DNA from: Candidatus Marinacidobacterales bacterium
Lineage (GTDB): Bacteria > Acidobacteriota > Vicinamibacteria > Marinacidobacterales > DATDRI01
Reading direction: 5' to 3'
Assembly: GCA_965226495.1 (NCBI GenBank)
Contig: OZ245365.1
Location: 1,504,001-1,568,000, forward strand
Length of the DNA stretch: 64,000 bases
Positions within the stretch are counted from its first letter, which is position 1. Each line of letters opens with the position of its first letter. The position numbers and the translations under genes are program-made. Shown in pieces: positions 36,524-48,793 of the stretch. Below the pieces are notes generated by a model. It saw only the letters and a list, made by a program, of their open reading frames with translations, ran no database searches and had not been told where the DNA came from.

Positions 36524-37303
36524 ATGAATCGCAGAGAGTTTCTGAAGAATTCGACTGCTGTCGGTGGGATGCTCGCGACGCCGCCGCTTTGGCTCTGTTC
36601 GCGTGGCGAGGCGAAGCAACGTTCTTATCGACCCGGCGACGAGGTCGACTCTAGCGTCTCTTTTCTGGATCCCGAGGGGCGGGCGGTTACCTTGGCCGAC
36701 CAAATAGACGGATCCACCAAGGTCCTGTATCTCATCATCTTTGGAGGCGCCTACGCGAAGAAGAAGCCGGACAAACGTGGCCGCCTCTGGTGTGGGGACA
36801 GCTCGGACGATATGGCGGTACATCGAACCGTGTATTTTAACTATGCCGGCGAGGGGGTGACGTTCGTTCCTGTCGCCACGCCTCCCGTTTACAGCACCGG
36901 TTATGGTTTCAAGGAGGATGTCTTCTTAGTCGAGCCGGAGAACTCCGCAGCTTATCAGAGTGCGCTTGCGGAGTTCATCGAAAAGACGGAGGCGTTGAAG
37001 CAAGACGGGACTCTTCCTTTTGACGCGGTCTTCTACGATCCGCGCTTTCGCTTGCTCGACAATCCCAGTGAGCACGAGCATGTCCCGGCGTACGGAACGA
37101 TCCATCCCTGGCAGGGGCATTTCAAGTGGTTCGAGGACGAACAGCGATACGGCACTCCCACGATTTGGCTCCTGGACGCCAAGTTACGAGTTATTCGTAC
37201 GCCCTTTTGGGGAAACGTTTACGAGGGGGTGCCGGTTCAGATCAATTACACCGTGCACGATGTCATTCGGGCACTCGATGAAGCTCTCGAGGCAGCCGAT
37301 TAA
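36524..37303 (+). CDS. Tat-exported redoxin/thioredoxin-like protein
   Basis: MNRREFLK twin-arginine signal; F.D.EG..VTL, LWCGDS and YGTPT..LLD pattern. Confidence 0.6.
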   Translation: MNRREFLKNSTAVGGMLATPPLWLCSRGEAKQRSYRPGDEVDSSVSFLDPEGRAVTLADQIDGSTKVLYLIIFGGAYAKKKPDKRGRLWCGDSSDDMAVHRTVYFNYAGEGVTFVPVATPPVYSTGYGFKEDVFLVEPENSAAYQSALAEFIEKTEALKQDGTLPFDAVFYDPRFRLLDNPSEHEHVPAYGTIHPWQGHFKWFEDEQRYGTPTIWLLDAKLRVIRTPFWGNVYEGVPVQINYTVHDVIRALDEALEAAD

Positions 37304-37320
37304 GATGGTCTCTTCGTCCA

Positions 37321-37347
37321 TTAATCCCTCTCCCTTTGTAGGGGAGA
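37321..37347. repeat. REP-like family member (degenerate)
   Basis: TTAATCCCTCTCCCTTTGTAGGGGAGA shares its first part with 8027. Confidence 0.55.
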
Positions 37348-37434
37348 CTGTGGCCGTCAAAATACATTGTGCCATTTCGGCCGCCAACATATGGGAGTGC
37401 CGATACCAAATGTGGCAAGACGGCGGTGAGGGCG

Positions 37435-38646
37435 CTAGAGCCGTCTCACCCGAGCGTTTTCTTTGAGGATGCGCCCGACTTCCGCCAGAACCGTTTCGAT
37501 CTCCTCTTCTGTCACCACGCCGTCGGCTCGCGCCTCGCTGTAGACCCACATCAACTTAAAGAATTCCGGGACGCTCAGTTGGTTCTCCTCATTGAATTCG
37601 AGAAGGGCGTCGAACTCGTCGGTGATTCGGGCCCTCAGAGCGCCTTGCCCCGCCGCCTCCCGTAGTGTCTCCTTCATTTCGAGTATCGGTTGGTGTCTAA
37701 CTTGAGGGGCGTAGAGGAGTGAAAAGGAAAACAGGCCGAGCACGACGGTGGCTCCTCCCACCACCGCGCAACCCACGGTGAACCATCCGAGGCTGCGGCG
37801 TTCGATGGGTGGCTCTGCGCGGAGCGGCTCGAGCGACGGACGTGACAGGGCGGGTGGCGTCGCCGGTGTCTCGGCCGCGTCTGTTTCCGTGGCGCGTCTC
37901 ACATAGTGGGTGAGAGTGAGAGTGAAGATGAGAGCGGCGGGGATCAAGATGCCCGGAGGAATCCATACCGGTTGGCCGAGGCTCTCCAGTCCCGCCATGT
38001 TGAGAAGCATGATCGCCGCCGCGTTATTTGCCACGTGGATGAGAATTGGTATCAAGATGCTCTCGGTCGCGATGGCGGTGATACCCAAAACCAAGCCCGC
38101 CAAGGTGTAGCTGGCTAGCCCTTGGGGTATGAAGTGCATCACTGCGAATAGAAAAGAGGTGAGCAGAATAGCTCCGACACGGCCCAGCGAGCTCCGTTCG
38201 AGACTCTTTTGAATGAAACCACGGAAAAGGACCTCCTCTGCTACAGCTGCGCCGATCGCCAATCCCAAGATTCTGACGATCCATTCGTACGCGGTCTCTG
38301 CTTTGAGGAGGCCGACGATGCCTTCCCTGAACTCCTCAGGAATGGGGAAGACCAGGCTGGTGAGGTTGGAAACCTGATCGTTGAGTACGGCGAGGGACAC
38401 TGCCAGGGGTATGGCGAGAAGAAGATCCGTCGTGGACGGGAGTCGTAGTCGCAGGGTTGTCCTCACGTCCGCTCCAAGAATACGGACTGCCAGGACGGTG
38501 GGGATCAGAATCGCCAAGAGCTCGCCAAGGAGAATTCCTAGGTTCGGTACGGTGACCAGCAGAATGCCATTGATGACGGTGTTCAGGACAAGGACGGTCA
38601 GGAATAGAAGGAGCGCCCAGCCAGGAGTCGGAACTTTCGGTTTCAT
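37435..38646 (-). CDS. CPBP (Abi/CAAX) family intramembrane glutamic endopeptidase with a C-terminal extension
   Basis: EEVLFRG, FAVMH and HVANN; start ATG 38646. Confidence 0.9.
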   Translation of the reverse strand: MKPKVPTPGWALLLFLTVLVLNTVINGILLVTVPNLGILLGELLAILIPTVLAVRILGADVRTTLRLRLPSTTDLLLAIPLAVSLAVLNDQVSNLTSLVFPIPEEFREGIVGLLKAETAYEWIVRILGLAIGAAVAEEVLFRGFIQKSLERSSLGRVGAILLTSFLFAVMHFIPQGLASYTLAGLVLGITAIATESILIPILIHVANNAAAIMLLNMAGLESLGQPVWIPPGILIPAALIFTLTLTHYVRRATETDAAETPATPPALSRPSLEPLRAEPPIERRSLGWFTVGCAVVGGATVVLGLFSFSLLYAPQVRHQPILEMKETLREAAGQGALRARITDEFDALLEFNEENQLSVPEFFKLMWVYSEARADGVVTEEEIETVLAEVGRILKENARVRRL

Positions 38647-38901
38647 ATAATGTACTGCCAGTCGTTGCCCGGCGGGCGACCATGGGGCTCCTGCCGCAAG
38701 GCGATTTGGGGTGCGATCGTATCCGGAATCGGTCGGAAAACCTAACGATGAGCAAGATCTGCGCCGGTGCGAAGTCTTTTGTTCGAGACGACCTCCAGCA
38801 AAATAAGTGTTGTTCGGGCTCGCTACCTGGGATAGCATTTTGCTTCCGCCGATTGTTTGCGCCCGCTTTGGTGGTGCAATAACCCAAGGAGGTTCGTTCT
38901 T

Positions 38902-39915
38902 ATGGCCTCTCCCGAGAAGCTCCGGGTCGTGCAATACGGGGTCGGTCCCATCGGCCTCGCTGCCATCCGCGCAATTCTTGCCCGCTCAGATCTGGAACTG
39001 GTCGGAGCCATCGATATCGATCCCGACAAGCAGCAGCGCGATGTGGCCGATCTCGCTGGGCTCAAACAGCCCAGTGGCATCCGTGTGTCCGATCGACCCG
39101 AGGAGGTGCTCGGCACCAAGCAGCCCGATGTCGTTCTGCACTCAACACAGTCCCATCTCAATGAAGTGCTGCCCCAGTTGCGAATCTGTCTGGAAGCCAA
39201 GGCCAGTGTGGTGAGCACGTGCGAAGAGCTACTCTTACCTTCGGTACGACACCCGAGAATAGCGAGAGAGCTTGACGCTTTGGCGCGCTCGAAAGAAGTG
39301 GTTGTCTTGGGAACGGGCGTGAACCCGGGCTTCGTGATGGATACGATGGCGCTGGTTTCGACCTCCCCCTGCCTGGAAGTTCGATCGATTCTGGTGGAGA
39401 GAGTCGTCGACGCGGCGACGCGACGTCAGCCGCTCCAAAGAAAGGTAGGCGCTGGCATGACCCCGGCGGAGTTCCGGCGCGGTGCCAAGAAAGGTCAGTT
39501 GGGACACGTCGGCCTGTTGGAGTCCTTGCATCTTGTGGCGCAGGGGCTTGGTTGGGCTCTCGAGGGTGTGAGCGAGAAACTCACTCCGGTGCTGGCCAAG
39601 AAATCGGTGCGAACCCCGTACCTGACCGTAAAAGCCGGACAGGTTGCTGGGATTCATCACGTTTGCCGTGGGCTTCGGAACGGTAAGGAAGCTCTCAAGC
39701 TCGAACTACAAATGTTTGTCGGCGCGAAGAAGCCATTCGACAAGATCTCGATTCGCGGGAATCCTTCGCTCGACATTCTGGTCGAAGGCGGCGTCGCCGG
39801 AGATGAAGCCACGGTTGGGATGTTGCTCAACATGGCTCCTAGTGTCTTGGGTTTGCGGCCAGGTCTGCGAACCATGATCGATTCAACCCTTCCCAGGTTT
39901 CGCGCCGCACCCTGA
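38902..39915 (+). CDS. 2,4-diaminopentanoate dehydrogenase-like / DapB-N family oxidoreductase
   Basis: QYGVGPIG, VVSTCEEL, GTGVNPGF.MD, RR.PLQ.KVGAG and GHVGL.ES. Confidence 0.85.
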   Translation: MASPEKLRVVQYGVGPIGLAAIRAILARSDLELVGAIDIDPDKQQRDVADLAGLKQPSGIRVSDRPEEVLGTKQPDVVLHSTQSHLNEVLPQLRICLEAKASVVSTCEELLLPSVRHPRIARELDALARSKEVVVLGTGVNPGFVMDTMALVSTSPCLEVRSILVERVVDAATRRQPLQRKVGAGMTPAEFRRGAKKGQLGHVGLLESLHLVAQGLGWALEGVSEKLTPVLAKKSVRTPYLTVKAGQVAGIHHVCRGLRNGKEALKLELQMFVGAKKPFDKISIRGNPSLDILVEGGVAGDEATVGMLLNMAPSVLGLRPGLRTMIDSTLPRFRAAP

Positions 39916-39996
39916 CAGACCGGCAGTGAATTTCGGGGACTGAATTCCATAAGATCCGTGGTTCGCGTGACCCTCTGCCCGCGGATATGATGAGCC

Positions 39997-40269
39997 ATGC
40001 GCTTGGTGGCGTTTGCCGGCCTAGGGATGCTCTTGGGCTACCTGTACTTCGCATGGGCACGTCAGGCTAGGGGATTTGTACAATTCCAAAGGACACCGCT
40101 CGCCCGGCGAGGCTTCGTCGCGATGGTCTTACGCCTCGCGGTGTTCGCGCTGGTGCTCGGCATTCTCCTTCATCGCTTCGGCCCCCTCGCGGGCGTCGCT
40201 GCGCTGGCGGGCGCGGCGGTCACCCGCGGCCTGATGGTTCGGGCTGAGCCCACGCTCCGGGGGCACTAA
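39997..40269 (+). CDS. small membrane protein, AtpI/AtpR-like
   Basis: G..LG.LYF..L-type N-terminus, LRL and three hydrophobic segments. Confidence 0.5.
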   Translation: MRLVAFAGLGMLLGYLYFAWARQARGFVQFQRTPLARRGFVAMVLRLAVFALVLGILLHRFGPLAGVAALAGAAVTRGLMVRAEPTLRGH

Positions 40270-40278
40270 GCCGTCCAG

Positions 40279-40770
40279 ATGGCGCGCTCCAAGGCTTCAG
40301 CGGGCAAGATCAAGTTCGAGGTCTCGGCGGGGGGAGTCATCTACCGGGAAGAGGCCTCCTCACTACAGGTGTGTCTGATCGCTACACAGGGTGGTACCCG
40401 GTGGCAGCTACCGAAAGGCCTACCCGGTGGCAGCTACCGAAAAAAGGGCGAGCCGGTGGTCGCCGCGGCGGCGCGAGAGGTCAGAGAGGAAACGGGTCTG
40501 GAAGGGGAAGTTGAAGGGGAACTCGAAAAGATCGAATACTGGTTTGTCTGGAAGGAAGCCGACGGGCGTTCCGTTCGCCATCACAAGCTGGTACATTTTT
40601 TTTTGATGCGCCACACGGGCGGCGACACGTCGCTGCACGATGAAGAAGTCGACGAGGCCCGCTGGTTCCCGATTTCCAAGGCTGTTAAGAAAGTGGCTTT
40701 CGCCAACGAGCGCAAGATCGTTGAGAAGGCGCGTCGCGTATTGACTGACAAGCCGGCGTCGAGAGAATAG
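40279..40770 (+). CDS. NUDIX hydrolase with a short duplication in the Nudix box
   Basis: SAGGVIY, WQLPKG, AAAREVREETG and EVDEARW. Confidence 0.88.
   Translation: MARSKASAGKIKFEVSAGGVIYREEASSLQVCLIATQGGTRWQLPKGLPGGSYRKKGEPVVAAAAREVREETGLEGEVEGELEKIEYWFVWKEADGRSVRHHKLVHFFLMRHTGGDTSLHDEEVDEARWFPISKAVKKVAFANERKIVEKARRVLTDKPASRE
40395..40442. repeat. 22-bp direct repeat (period 26) inside the NUDIX gene
   Basis: TACCCGGTGGCAGCTACCGAAA at 40395 and 40421. Confidence 0.95.
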
Positions 40771-40771
40771 G

Positions 40772-43070
<2,299 letters not shown>

Positions 43071-43213
43071 TGTCCTCTGACGCCCGTGGATCCGCGATGG
43101 TCTCTCCGTGTATGCTTATTTCAACAACGACACAGGTGCTTATACACTGAGAAATGCTCGCGATCTTGCGATGCGCCCGACGTTGAATAGAAAGCAATAA
43201 CAGAGACTTCCTT

Positions 43214-45295
43214 ATGACAGGGAAAACCGTAGTAGGGATGATCGTCCTAATTGGAGTCTCATGTGCAGGGGGCCGAGTAGAAGCGTTGTCGAACAAGAAG
43301 ATGATCGGAGAGCTAGAGCGTCTCGGCAAGGACGGCCGGGATTGGTTAGTTTTGGGTGCCGAAGCGGGCGGTTTTGACGATCTGAGCCTCGAGCAGAAGA
43401 AGCTCGCTTATTACCTTTATCGGGCGGCGATTGCGGGTAACGACATTTTCTATCGGCAAAACCATCGGTACGCCCTCGAGATCAAAGATCTGTTGGAAGC
43501 GCTCCACCTGTATTCAGCGGGCCTTGACGCAGAAGCTGCCTATGCGGTCCATGATTATTTGAAGTACATCTGGATCCATGATTATTTGAAGTACATCTGG
43601 ATCAACCACGGTCAGTACGATGCAATCGAAGGTACGAAGGTTGTTCCTAATGAGCTCACTCCGGAGATGCTCTCCCGGGCGGCGGAGTACGCTCAGGACC
43701 TAGGCGCGACGCTCCATTTCCCGCGCGAAGAGACACTTCGAGGCAAGCTAGCGCGGCTTGAGCGTTCCATCTTTGATGCGAGCTATGAGCCCGTTCTCAC
43801 CGAGCAGGGTCATGGTAAGGACATCATCGCCGAGAGTGCGGTGAACTTCTGGGATCCAGACATTACGTCCAAAGACATGGAACCCGTTCTCGACTTCTGG
43901 AAAAAGAAGCTCAACGTGCGTTTCGCGATGGAAGAGGACGGAAGAGTCGCGCCCCAGGAGTATCGGATTGGAGGTCTCTTCGACCGGGATCTCCAAACCA
44001 TCAGCTACTTTCTCCGCAAGGCTCTGCCTCTCGCGGAGAGTGAGAAGCAAAGATCGGGTCTGAAGGCTCTGTTGGGCTACTACCAGACCGGCGACGAGGC
44101 TCTCTTCCGCGAGTACAGCGTCCACTGGTTGAAGTCGGAGACAGTCGTCGACTATTTGAACGGTTTCGTCGAACAGTACACCGATCCTCGCGGAATCATC
44201 GGCGCCTTCGAGGCGAATGTAAGCTTCTTAGCCGACTCGGAGCTGATAGGGAGGTTGGCCGTCAGCGCGCAGTATTTCGAGGACCGCATGCCGTGGCCCG
44301 ACGAGTACAGACGCGAGAAAGTCCATCCGCCGGTGGCCAACGTGGTGAAGGTGATCGTCGAGACGGGGGACAGCGGGCCGTACAGTCCCGCTGCTTATAA
44401 CCTTCCAAACTATGCTGACATCCGCCGCGACCACGGAAGCAAGAATATCATCCTGCTCAACATCGAGACCGCTGATTCCCAAGGTATCCGCGAGGCGACT
44501 ATCGAGGGCTTCTACCTGCCTGAAGTACAAGACGTGTATCGAAAATATGGTGCCGTGGGTCGAGCTTGGGAAGTTTATATGCACGAAGTGATCGGTCACG
44601 GCTCGGGCAAACCGGATCCGTCCTTGTCTGAGGACCCCCGTACGGTGCTCGGCCGTGCGTATTCGGCGCTGGAAGAATGCCGCGCCGATCTAGTCGCTCT
44701 GTATCATGTCCTCGATCCCAAGCTCGTCGAGATCGGAGCGTTCACCGCTGAAGAGCAGCGGGATGTCGCTCTCGCCATGTATCAAGGCTACCTTCAGAGA
44801 CATTTGAACGGTTATCGACGCTACGAAGACGACACGGTGCGAGAGGCACACGACAAAGGTCGGCAGCTGGTGCTGATGTACTTACACTCGGGTGGTGAAT
44901 CGGGAGACCGCGACTTCGGTGTGAGAGTCGTGGAGCGTGGCGGGGATTTCTTCGTAAAGATCTCAGACATCGACGCTGCCCGGAAGGGTGTCGGAGAGCT
45001 TCTCGGCCGCCTCCAGGTGATCAAGTCGAGAGGCGATAGTGAGGGGGCCAACTGGCTCTTCGATCGCTTCGGGACGAAGCTCGACGTGGAATGGCGGGAC
45101 AATGTCAAGGCCCGCGCTGCCAAGTTGAAGCTGCCCAACGGGACGGCGTTCGTATTCCCACAACTGATTCCCGTTGCGGGCGGGAAAGACGGGAAGGAGA
45201 TCGTGGACGTTCGTCTGGTCTACGAGGAGGATTTGACGGCGCAACAGCTTCGATGGTCTCGCCTTGCCGGCGTCGCCGACGAGTGGACGTATTAG
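43214..45295 (+). CDS. dipeptidyl-peptidase III (peptidase M49)
   Basis: HEVIGH hexapeptide zinc motif, EECRAD, NLPN and GSKN. Confidence 0.92.
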   Translation: MTGKTVVGMIVLIGVSCAGGRVEALSNKKMIGELERLGKDGRDWLVLGAEAGGFDDLSLEQKKLAYYLYRAAIAGNDIFYRQNHRYALEIKDLLEALHLYSAGLDAEAAYAVHDYLKYIWIHDYLKYIWINHGQYDAIEGTKVVPNELTPEMLSRAAEYAQDLGATLHFPREETLRGKLARLERSIFDASYEPVLTEQGHGKDIIAESAVNFWDPDITSKDMEPVLDFWKKKLNVRFAMEEDGRVAPQEYRIGGLFDRDLQTISYFLRKALPLAESEKQRSGLKALLGYYQTGDEALFREYSVHWLKSETVVDYLNGFVEQYTDPRGIIGAFEANVSFLADSELIGRLAVSAQYFEDRMPWPDEYRREKVHPPVANVVKVIVETGDSGPYSPAAYNLPNYADIRRDHGSKNIILLNIETADSQGIREATIEGFYLPEVQDVYRKYGAVGRAWEVYMHEVIGHGSGKPDPSLSEDPRTVLGRAYSALEECRADLVALYHVLDPKLVEIGAFTAEEQRDVALAMYQGYLQRHLNGYRRYEDDTVREAHDKGRQLVLMYLHSGGESGDRDFGVRVVERGGDFFVKISDIDAARKGVGELLGRLQVIKSRGDSEGANWLFDRFGTKLDVEWRDNVKARAAKLKLPNGTAFVFPQLIPVAGGKDGKEIVDVRLVYEEDLTAQQLRWSRLAGVADEWTY
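43548..43603. repeat. perfect 27-bp in-frame tandem duplication
   Basis: TCCATGATTATTTGAAGTACATCTGGA x2, giving HDYLKYIWI twice. Confidence 0.95.
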
Positions 45296-45311
45296 AAGCT
45301 CTTCATCCTTC

Positions 45312-45346
45312 AATCCCTCTCGCTTGGGAGAGGGCCTGGGTGAGGG
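45312..45346. repeat. REP-like family member between convergent genes
   Basis: AATCCCTCTCGCTTGGGAGAGGGCCTGGGTGAGGG is nearly identical to 8028-8063. Confidence 0.8.
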
Positions 45347-45357
45347 CCCAACCATAC

Positions 45358-46992
45358 CTACGGTGTGCGTTGTTTTTCTCTCGTCGCTCGGAACTCGCTC
45401 TTCTCGCTCCACTCCGGCCACTCCGTGCCGGTGGCCAGCTCGTATCCCATGAGGTAGAAGAGCTCCAGATCTTCGACCGCTCCGGACAGATCCCAGTAGT
45501 CCTTCACCTCGTCCGAGGGCTTGTGGTAGTCCTCGTTTGTGTACTTCTTCCTCATCTCGATGCCCCAGCCCTCCGGCTGGTTGATAAACTCGATGCCTGC
45601 GTTAGGGTAAAAAGAGGGGATCCCGACTTTCGCGAGCTCGAAGTGATCGGACCGGTAGTAAGAGCCCTTTTCCGGCTCCGGGTCCGGTCGCAAGATGCGG
45701 CCCTGTTGTGAAGCGAGCTTGGTCGCGAGGCCGTCCAGCGCCGATTGCCCCATTCCCACGACGGTTACATCCCGTGTCGGTCCCAGCAGGTTGAGGCCAT
45801 CCATGTTGATGACCGCGACCGTGTCCTTGGGCGGATAAAGCGGATTGCGACCGTAGTATAGCGAGCCAAGGAGGCCCCGTTCTTCCGCGGTCACCGCCAG
45901 AAAGAGGACGCTCCGAGCAGGGGGCTCGTCGAGTCTTCCGAACGCCTGGGCGATCTCCAGTAGGCCCGCGGTTCCGCTGGCGTTATCGTGGGCACCGTTA
46001 AAGATGTTGTCACCGTCGAGCTCGGGATCGATCCCCATGTGATCCCAGTGGGCGGTGTAGATGATCCATTCGTCGGGCGACCGCTGGCCTTGAAGCTTCG
46101 CCACGACGTTGGCAGACTCGATCTCCCGGATCGAATTCTCCAGCGCAGCGCTCATGATCGCTCCTAGCGGGACCGGCTCAAAGGAACGATCCATGGCCGC
46201 CTGCTTCATCTCGTCGAAATCCAGTCCCGCCATTTCAAAGATCCGTCGAATGGCATCGATGCGGATCCACCCTTCTGCACCTAGTAGGTGTCTTTCCTCG
46301 CCCGAGGTTGCCAGAACGAATTGCTGCTCGGCACCCCAGCCGGAAATCACCTCCCAGGGATAGCCGGCGGGTTCGGTCTCGTGGATCACGAAAGCTCCGG
46401 CCGCACCGAGCTCCGCTGCGGTCTCGAGCTTGTAGGTCCAGCGACCGTAATAGGTCATTGCCTTACCGCCAAAGATATCTTCGCCGGGCGGGTCATTGAC
46501 CAACGCGATGAGGATCTTGCCGCGCACGTCGAAGCCCTTGAAGTCGTCCCACTGGTACTCGGGAGCCGAGACGCCGTAGCCCACGAAGACGAGCTCGCCT
46601 TCCACTTCGACACGCTCTTCCACGCGTCGAGTGCGGGCGGCAATGTCTACCTTCTGTTCGAGCTCAAACACTGAGGTTCCCTTCTTCACCACGACAGGGT
46701 TCAACTCGGTTGGAGTCAAGCTCACCAGCGGGACTTGCTGAATGAAGGCGCCATTGGGATTGCCGGGACCTAGACCGAATGAGCGAAAGCTGTCGATGAG
46801 ATACTCGACGGTCTTCTCCTCACCCGGCGAGCCGGGAGCTCGCCCCTCGAACGCATCCGAGGAGAGGAGCTGGATCCGGTTCATAAGGGACTCGGCGTTG
46901 ATCGCATCGGGATGCGACTCTTGGGGGGATTCTTGACAAGCGACGGCGATGACGCCGAGGGAAAGGCAGACCAAGGTGGTCAAGGTGCGCAT
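45358..46992 (-). CDS. M28 family metallopeptidase lipoprotein with PA domain
   Basis: Lipobox AVAC, EGRAPGS.GE, AHWDH, GAHDNASG, AEE.GLLGS and RSDH. Confidence 0.93.
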   Translation of the reverse strand: MRTLTTLVCLSLGVIAVACQESPQESHPDAINAESLMNRIQLLSSDAFEGRAPGSPGEEKTVEYLIDSFRSFGLGPGNPNGAFIQQVPLVSLTPTELNPVVVKKGTSVFELEQKVDIAARTRRVEERVEVEGELVFVGYGVSAPEYQWDDFKGFDVRGKILIALVNDPPGEDIFGGKAMTYYGRWTYKLETAAELGAAGAFVIHETEPAGYPWEVISGWGAEQQFVLATSGEERHLLGAEGWIRIDAIRRIFEMAGLDFDEMKQAAMDRSFEPVPLGAIMSAALENSIREIESANVVAKLQGQRSPDEWIIYTAHWDHMGIDPELDGDNIFNGAHDNASGTAGLLEIAQAFGRLDEPPARSVLFLAVTAEERGLLGSLYYGRNPLYPPKDTVAVINMDGLNLLGPTRDVTVVGMGQSALDGLATKLASQQGRILRPDPEPEKGSYYRSDHFELAKVGIPSFYPNAGIEFINQPEGWGIEMRKKYTNEDYHKPSDEVKDYWDLSGAVEDLELFYLMGYELATGTEWPEWSEKSEFRATREKQRTP

Positions 46993-47126
46993 TTCTCAAA
47001 CCTCCGATTCGATTCCCCATCCTATCACTTGCGACGGGCCCCTTGAGGGGAGTGAACCACTTGGGGGAGGGTAGCGATGACAGAGGCCAAAAAGGGATAA
47101 GCTATCAATTGGTGGCCAGACGGCGG

Positions 47127-47321
47127 GTGAGGGTTCTGAAACACACACGGGAAGGTCTCGCACGAAGCACTACGGAGCTCGGGCTGAAGCTCGACTCGAA
47201 AGCCTTGGAAGCCTTGTTTCGCCGGTTGCATTCATTGAGCGAGGCTCTCGATGTGTTAGAGGAACTCGTCGAGCCAGCCCTCGAGCCGTTTCCGACCGTG
47301 ACACTGCCCGAGGACGAGTAG
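47127..47321 (+). CDS. small GatC/AtzG-like amidase partner protein
   Basis: About 60-aa helical ORF ending EP.P motif, 2 nt upstream of the amidase; start uncertain. Confidence 0.5.
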   Translation: MRVLKHTREGLARSTTELGLKLDSKALEALFRRLHSLSEALDVLEELVEPALEPFPTVTLPEDE

Positions 47322-47323
47322 CA

Positions 47324-48730
47324 ATGGTAGCCGATGAGCTATCATTTTGCTCGCTTTCTGAGATAAGCGCACTCATTCGCCGCAAGGAAGTCTCGGTTCA
47401 GGAACTAGTGGACCAACAGCTGACCCGGCTCAAGTCCCTGGAACCGCGTTTGAACGCATTCATCACCGTGACCGAGGAGGAAGCCCGCGGCGCTGCCAAG
47501 GACGCCGATCGAAAACTGGCGCGTGGTGAACCGGCGGGGCCCCTGCATGGAGTCCCCATGACCCTCAAGGATCTTCTTTGGACACGGGGGGTCCCCACGA
47601 CATCAGGCTCCAAGGTTTCCGCCGACTTCGTACCCCAAGAGGACGCCACTACCGTGGCTCGGCTGCGCGAAGCGGGCGCCGTGTTCTTGGGTAAGACCAA
47701 CTTACACGAGTTTGCCTACGGCATCTCGAACGTCAACCCTCACTTCGGTCCAGTGCACAATCCGTGGGACGAGGAACGCATCAGCGGGGGCTCGAGCGGC
47801 GGTTCGGCGGCCAGCCTCGCGGCGGGAATCGGCTATGGATCGGTCGGGACCGACACCGGTGGTTCGATACGCATACCCTCATCGCTTTGCGGGACGGTAG
47901 GGCTGAAGCCTACTTACGGGTTGGTGAGTCGTTACGGCGTAACGCCGCTCGCGTGGAGCCTAGACCATGTCGGACCCATGGCTCGCAGCGTGAGGGATGT
48001 CGCGATCCTCTTCGACGTTCTCGCTGGGTACGATCCGAAGGACCCCACCTCGCGAAAGGGAAAGCTCGCCTCGGTAAGTAGCGGGCTCGATGAAATCCCT
48101 TCGGGACTTCTAATGGCCATACACCCCGGTTACTTCTTCGAAGACCTGGACCCTCGAGTGCGGAAGCTGGTCGAAGCCGCGGTCGAGGATCTCGAGAAGT
48201 TGGGGCTCGAGCGCGTCGAAGTTTCGATTCCGGAAATCGAGCACCAGGGCACTTGTCGAAATGTTATTACCTTTGCAGAGGCGGCTTCGTACCATGAGCC
48301 GTCGCTTCGAGGGCGGCCCGAGGATTACGGGCCGGCCACGAGAGAGTTGCTGGAGATCGGCTTGCTGGTGCGGGCCACTGAGTATCTGACCGCGCAACGT
48401 GCGCGCAGGCGAATCGTCGAAGCGTTCAGCGAGGCGTTTCAGGGATTCGATGTCCTCGTCTCTCCAACCGTTCCTGTTCCGGCGCCTCGGATCGGGGAGG
48501 AGCTACTAGCAAATGGCGAGAAGCTGCGCCCCGGGCTTCTACGGTTACCAACTCCGTTCAATACGACTGGCTTTCCCGCCATTTCGGTTCCCTGCGGCTT
48601 CACAGCGGAAGGCCTACCGGTAGGCCTCCAGTTGGCGGCCCGCCCATTTCACGAGAAGCGCTTGCTACAAGTTGCTTACGCCTACGAGAAGTCGCATCCA
48701 TGGGTGGATAGGCATCCGGGCTCGAGCTAG
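47324..48730 (+). CDS. amidase (amidase signature family)
   Basis: LKD, GKTNLHEF, GGSSGGS and GTDTGGSIR.P. Confidence 0.95.
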   Translation: MVADELSFCSLSEISALIRRKEVSVQELVDQQLTRLKSLEPRLNAFITVTEEEARGAAKDADRKLARGEPAGPLHGVPMTLKDLLWTRGVPTTSGSKVSADFVPQEDATTVARLREAGAVFLGKTNLHEFAYGISNVNPHFGPVHNPWDEERISGGSSGGSAASLAAGIGYGSVGTDTGGSIRIPSSLCGTVGLKPTYGLVSRYGVTPLAWSLDHVGPMARSVRDVAILFDVLAGYDPKDPTSRKGKLASVSSGLDEIPSGLLMAIHPGYFFEDLDPRVRKLVEAAVEDLEKLGLERVEVSIPEIEHQGTCRNVITFAEAASYHEPSLRGRPEDYGPATRELLEIGLLVRATEYLTAQRARRRIVEAFSEAFQGFDVLVSPTVPVPAPRIGEELLANGEKLRPGLLRLPTPFNTTGFPAISVPCGFTAEGLPVGLQLAARPFHEKRLLQVAYAYEKSHPWVDRHPGSS

Positions 48731-48793
48731 GACGAGCCTATCGAGAAGACGCAGCCCGGGTTGCGGTGATAAGCTTCGCGGCTGGAGGTGAAG

